Assembly (NCBI GenBank): GCA_013115145.1
Contig: JAAPAO010000195.1
Coordinates: 1 to 54,936, forward strand
DNA: 54,936 bases
Direction: 5' to 3'
Source: Perkinsus chesapeaki ATCC PRA-425
Taxonomy: Eukaryota > Protista > Perkinsozoa
In this document: positions 49,346 to 54,936 of the stretch, in pieces
How positions within the stretch are numbered: the stretch's first letter is position 1
Layout of the letters: each line of letters starts with the position of its first letter
Program-made: the position numbers and the translations under genes
The notes under the pieces: model-generated
Told to the model about the DNA's origin: nothing
What the model saw: only the letters and a program-made list of their open reading frames with translations
The model's database searches: none

Positions 49346-50754
49346 TCGGGCGGAGTGACAAATCTCAACGTAATGAGATGCCAGCTCCTGCCGGCTTGTT
49401 CACACCGGCTGGCCTAGATGTAGCTGTTCAGCACCATAAGAGTGAACAGAGGAGTAATACGTTATAATATTGTGATAAATTAAGTGCGAATATTCAGAGT
49501 AACTCCGGAGTGAACTTACCAACACATTACTCATGACTATTGAAGAAGTATTTCGTTACATTGTTTATCGGGTTTATTGCTGTTCTGAAACTGTGCTACT
49601 CACGGGGTCGTTCGATTAGCTAGCATTTTCCATCATAATAGATATCAGAGTTGGCCCTTAAGCGGAAATCGCTACCACAGAATGCAGTGGACCCACTAAT
49701 TTATACAACGGAACTACTCTGTTATCTGGAAGTGTAAAACACATGATACGCTACAAGTAACGTATCAATCTTAGTTACTCTCTTAGTTATCTTACTGAAC
49801 GACACAGCGAGCCTGCAATTCTGAATGCGCTTGAATGATATCTCGAATATCTGTGCATTTCTTGTTAACACTCAAGTGGTATGAGAACTCGGGTTCGACC
49901 AAACTTTCTCGGGTGTGCATAGATATTCGAGTTTGATATTCGCATCAATATCATTCGGAAGGTCGAGGAGTAGTCACTCGATTTGGCAGTCCAGCTACTA
50001 TGTAGGTGAACCTTCCCTCAGTTCAGACGTAAGAGTATCACAAGGTGAGTTCTCGATGATTGCATTGCAATGGCTGTTATTTGTAACTCAGGTCGGTCCT
50101 TGAGCCGCACAGTGCGGCCCGCACTGTTCTTGAGAGAATGGCTCAGCAACATCTAGTGTAACGGAAGTAGCGTCCCCTTTCGCGTGCATCTTGCTTGTTA
50201 CTTGCTGCTCGATTTACGAACATGAACACAACAGTTGTGGAAGAAAAGTCCTAAACTTGCGTATCGTGCAATCGCATTAATTACAATACGAAAGCTTCAT
50301 AATAATCAGTTCAGGGGGTCCGACTAGGTGCAGAGGAATTTCGCTGAAGAGATGAAGGATTTCGGAGGCGGCGGCATGAAGGGGACTCGAAATATCCTTG
50401 TTCTACTCGGTAGCATGGATCCCTGAAACTTTGCTGGGAGAATTGATGCTACTGTACCCGGTCCCATACAAGATGAGGTAGGAAACACAAAGCTAATCAT
50501 TTCCGGCCCGGAACAACGGATTGTTACCCGGAAATTCCGGGTAACAATCATTTTAGAGCTCACAGTTTCAGACTTGCTCATGAACTCCGAGTTCAGAACT
50601 CGTCTCGTAGGTGAGCTTGGCTACCCATTGCTATTGGAGCATAGCTGGGGCAACGAGGCTTCCTGGAGTGATGTGGGAATCATCTATCTCATTCTTTGTA
50701 CTCATTTTTCTTTCAGACAAATTATAAGTGTGATTTTAAAGTAGCATTTTAAAC

Positions 50755-52076
50755 ATGTCTACGTCTTCCTCATCATCATCTGAATCATCTGCCTACCACT
50801 CGTCTGGTTCGTCGAGCGACGAAGACGCGAGTCCGCTCCCCGTAGCCCCGAAGAGAAGGGGGCCCAAGGAGGGGGTGAAGCGAGGGGAGTATAACACGAA
50901 AATAAGCACTGAAGCGGCAAGGCGACTAATAGAAGCCAAGAGGGACGGCTCGGAGCCCTGGTATGAATCATACCGTATGATGTCGCCCGGCACAATGGGA
51001 TCAAGAAATCAACTGCAAGAAGTATAATAAGGCGCGGTACTCCAACTAAGAAACGCCAAGGTGGACACCGCCACTCAAAAGTGCAGCAAGTACACAAAGA
51101 GGCTCTCATATCCATGCTTGAAAAAAATCCTCAAGCCCGACTCAAGGACATGCGGGTCATGTTGAGAGAGGAGTACCAACTTTAGTGAGACCATATTTTC
51201 AATGATTACTTGGAAGGAAGGTCGCTCCGGACTACTCGTATGCAACAAAACCTCTCTCAGGTATGCGACTCAACAACCGATCGAACGCTAAATCTCGAAG
51301 CATTTACGGTCAAGAAGATAATCACTGTACCCGAGGGGGTGAACTCAGATGTGAACAAAACTAAGCGAAAAGCCTATATCGAGAGCTTCATGCAACATCA
51401 GAGTGAAGCTCGGCTCATGCTGTACCAAGATGAAAGCAATGTAGATTTATATTTTAGACGATCCCAAGGAGGAAGTGTTAAAGGTCAACGAGTTCGTACC
51501 AGACAGTGCAACCAACAAGGAAAGAATATACACGCCTTGGGATTGATGGGCCTGGGTGGGTTATATTACTGGACGCGTCGGAGAGGGTCGATGAAGATGG
51601 AAGATTTTGGGATATTGGCTCGTTGATGCTCTGTTATTTGTTTGCGAGGACCGCGAAATAGAACCCAGCAGGATCACCGTAATTATAGATAATGCTCCGG
51701 CTCATAGTCGGGTGGAAGAAAAGTTGGCTGTACATCAAATCCTTTCCCCGGTCCGGGTGCTTCGTCTGGGCCCTTATTCTGCGCCCCTTAACGCCCTAGA
51801 GTTCTGCTAGTCCAGCAGAACTCTAGGGTCCAGCAGTGCTGGAGCAAGTTCAAGAGCGAGTACAGAGGCTGGCTGGACTCCCATATCGAGGAAGTGATAA
51901 ACGGTCCTGTTCCTGTTGGTGTCAGCAATTTCGAGCACCGTCTCGATATAGTTGAGCAGGCCATCGACAGCGCAATCGATACTATCACTCCGCAGGATTG
52001 CTTTAAATGGTATAACCATGTAACTGGCCAGTTCTGTCGGTGTGCGGCTCTTGAAGATTTGCTCTACGGACAGTAA
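50755..52076 (+). mobile_element. Decayed IS630/Tc1-mariner superfamily (DDE_3-like) transposase
   Basis: HTH-like region GGHRHSK...LISMLEKNPQARLKDM; catalytic LYQDES, VIIDNAPAH and LGPYSAPLNALEFC(W); C-terminal ITPQDCFKWYNHV. Broken by frameshifts and stops. No TIRs identified. Confidence 0.85.
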
Positions 52077-52605
52077 CGTTCCCTCGCATTAAGATCTCAC
52101 GACCGGTCAGTGTCACTAACTGTGGCGCATTCTGTGGGATCCGGTAACTGCGGGATCCCGCTTCGTGCTCTGTGGTCCATGAGTCATAGACCATTACCTA
52201 GCGCAGTTTGAACCCTCTTGAACATGATTGATATTCACGTGACCTGGAAATGCTGTACATATAAGCTAACTGTGCTCATGCTCATATGAGCTAATGCGAG
52301 CACACTGTGCTCGCATTAGTCTGTGGCACAGACTCTGTGCTCAGCACAGATATCAGGCTCAGAGCGGCCATGGAGCGGCGCATCGCGCCTGTGGGCGAAG
52401 GGCATCACTTGCGGAAAACGGAGTCTCTTAGGACGAGCCATCATTAAACAGATAACAACAGACGAGAGAGCACTAAAGACCCAACGCGGTTGTTAAGGTT
52501 CTTGGGGTCCAACTCGCCATCTCGAGGTCTTCAACAAACAGAAGGGGAAGGGGTAGACAGCAGGCGCAGAGTCACACAGCGGTGCGTGACGCACCGTTTC
52601 TTTGA

Positions 52606-54255
52606 CCGAGAATTGGTTAACTGACAGCTACTATTATGTTGTTCTGCATCGTGGCCTTAATAGTTATCAGACCTGGCTGCTCGAGGACAGATCTGCCCCA
52701 TATTCCGAGCATCATTGAACAAACTACTATGACCGATGAGAAGGCTGAAAGCGCACCCGGCCAGCACTCGCTCGCCTCTTCAAAAGGTGTGTCACAGAAA
52801 CTCCAGGGATATGGCAAACACTGGGCTCGACAGGTCGTGTGGCCTGGAGAGGGTCGTCAATGCGGCATGCTACCTCTTTGTATCAAGATCCACCGACGGA
52901 CTTCAGCTGGGTCACACAAGGAGCCGTGAACCCGCCGATTGATCAAAGAGATTGTGAAAGCTGTTATGCTATAGCTACACTCGGTAAGCTGGGGCTGATC
53001 GGTTTGCTCCTGTTAAGCCCAGGAAGGCTCGGTTGCTACCTCTTTAGGAGGGTTGGAGGGGGCGTTCAAGATCAGGACGGGAAGTTTGGCCAGATTCTCA
53101 ACCCAGCAGGTGGTCGACTGCTCGAAAGGCTTAGGAAATAGGTGAGACCCGGACCGTCAGCAACACCACTACTGCAGTCCTTACAAAATTTTTAATACAA
53201 ATGATTCCTAGCTCCGCAGCTGCATAAAGGTTCTATCTCTCAGGGGATGCTACGGAGGCGGAAAACCGAATACCCTCCGCTATGTTTTCTCCCGTGGGAT
53301 AGTCTCCGATGCTGCCTACCCCTACACTGCGAAGGAAGGAGAATTCCAAGAGGTTACGAAAGACAAGAATAAACAATGCCTGCAGGTATGGTCGGTATAA
53401 CCGCTTATTTAGCAGTGTTGAGCCGATAGGCTGGAGACCTCGACCTCGGGAAAAGCATAGTTATAGATGACAATCAACTAGGCAGGCTTTTCACCGAACT
53501 TATCCACGGTCCTATTGTGGTGAGTGTAGATGCTGACACGCCACAATGGAGACGTTACACCGGAGGAATCCTAGCTGGTGAGTGTTTCACAGCCATGCGG
53601 TATATCTGGTTGACATTGGTAGACTTTTACTGTAACGGAGAGCCAAAGCATACAGTCCTTCTCGTTGGATATGGTGTAGAAAGGAACACCAGGTGAGCTA
53701 CCTTTCTGGACAGTTTCATTCCAGCTGAAGTTCTCACTAGTTACTGGCTGTTAAGGAATAACAGAGGGCCAAAGTGGGGGGAAGGTGGTTACGTTAGGAT
53801 ATTTAGAGACCCAAATGCCAAGACCGGGCCGGGTAGGAGGGGTTTGTTATTTATGCATCATCGAGAAAGTTTTTAGGATTCTGTAATATAATGGCCAAGC
53901 CAGCCTTTCGACCAGTTATTGCTGACAAGATGAAAGCCACCGCTTGCAGAGATAAAGACTCATAGATCTGAACTGTTGAACTTCGGTTCGCTGTTCTTAG
54001 TTCGGCATCGTTACGATGCATTTGTTACCTAGTCATGTTTACAAAACTTCATCAGTTATTTTCAGAGGCGATTACTAAGTGTTGTCTTACATTTGTGCGT
54101 TTTGCGGAAACTGCTCCAAATCATGGCTTGTGGCAGAATACGGACTCAAGTATCAAGAATTCATACAATACACCGTCTCGATTACGCTGTCTTTTTTTGA
54201 CGGTCTTATCTGGCCATACTTTAGCAACCTAGGTTCATTCCTCGTCCGTCGAAGT
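52606..54255 (+). repeat. Recent direct segmental duplication, copy 2
   Basis: Matches 43724-45353. Confidence 0.95.
52636..53965 (+). CDS. Papain-family (C1A) cysteine protease, copy 2
   Basis: Same exon structure and motifs as 43754-45069, with the triad intact. It carries a C-to-F change in YTAKEGEF. Confidence 0.88.
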
Positions 54256-54463
54256 TGAACGGTTGCTACCTTTTTAGGTGGTGCCATTGGACTCAACTCA
54301 ACAAGAATAAAGATAGAACTATCTCAATATATAATTCAGCAAATAACTTATACGCTAAGTAGACAATTATTGTGTTATGTCTCCGACACAAGTTGTGTGC
54401 TACAGATCAGGCGAACAACTATCACACCCCCTAGGAGACTACTTCCATAAATCACACAATCAG

Positions 54464-54936
54464 TTAGTGTGCGCTTGGCAATGAAACTCCAGTTGATTCT
54501 AACCAATCTCTGACTTTTTTCGGGACCTTACAATGGCCAGTGCTAACAAAGGCATCACCAAAAAGATCATTCGGCTGTACAACATATCGTACTAAATCTC
54601 TCTCCGTTTCACTACGGGGAGGATGCCATTTACCATTTCGGTGTTGGTCCAAACCGGCTACTATTAATGAGTCTACAGTAACTCGTTCAACCAAAATTAA
54701 GGATAACACGTGCTCAGGATCCATACTGTCGAAATCTTCAACTTCTCTCACCACAAAAACCCATTGTCCAGGCTCAATGTCTGGGAATGGTATTCCACCT
54801 GGAGTTACTGATTTTGACATCCTGCTCAAGAGAGCTCGATGAGGTTGTACAGCATAGTCAACATTACACATGTTACAGATCCACGCTAAGACCGTTCTGA
54901 CACGTTGGGCGGATGAACAGTCGCATCGAGGATCCG
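54464..54936 (-). CDS. 3' end of an intronless ORF entering from beyond the window, possibly a retrotransposon pol C-terminus
   Basis: The frame is open from the window edge to the stop at 54464 (..DIEPGQWVFVVRE..GKWHPP..VQPNDLFG..). The retroelement assignment rests only on remembered resemblance, with no catalytic motif visible. Confidence 0.35.
   Translation of the reverse strand, partial: DPRCDCSSAQRVRTVLAWICNMCNVDYAVQPHRALLSRMSKSVTPGGIPFPDIEPGQWVFVVREVEDFDSMDPEHVLSLILVERVTVDSLIVAGLDQHRNGKWHPPRSETERDLVRYVVQPNDLFGDAFVSTGHCKVPKKVRDWLESTGVSLPSAH

Noticed and set aside
50600-52260. Search for transposon terminal inverted repeats and a TA target duplication
   Set aside because: No convincing left/right match found by eye.

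Overview
This is eukaryotic genomic DNA with very short (about 45-55 nt) GT-AG introns. That intron architecture and the gene content suggest a Perkinsus-like alveolate protist, which is an inference and not proven. Because of the introns, the ORF track fragments most genes, so I spliced them by hand. Supported genes: a 136-aa secreted protein with 14 mature Cys; a fatty-acid transport protein/very-long-chain acyl-CoA synthetase whose intron holds an assembly gap and a 38-bp minisatellite; a tandem cluster of three intronless copper LPMO genes of the AA10/AA15 (LPMO_10) type, two intact and one internally deleted; a bacterial-type acetolactate synthase; an SCP-x type thiolase; a CAP-Gly protein; a HECT E3 ligase; a degenerate FYVE-like zinc finger; ORC4; two recently duplicated atypical papain-family proteases plus a pseudogene; a decayed IS630/Tc1-like transposase; and an ORF running off the right edge. 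Two things stand out. One is the secreted LPMO cluster, with signs of gene conversion. The other is a pervasive signature of perfect short palindromes, often with a 1-nt centre, arms up to 14-15 bp and frequently chained, concentrated in decaying or non-coding DNA and on both sides of the transposase remnant. I found no rRNA, tRNA or CRISPR array.
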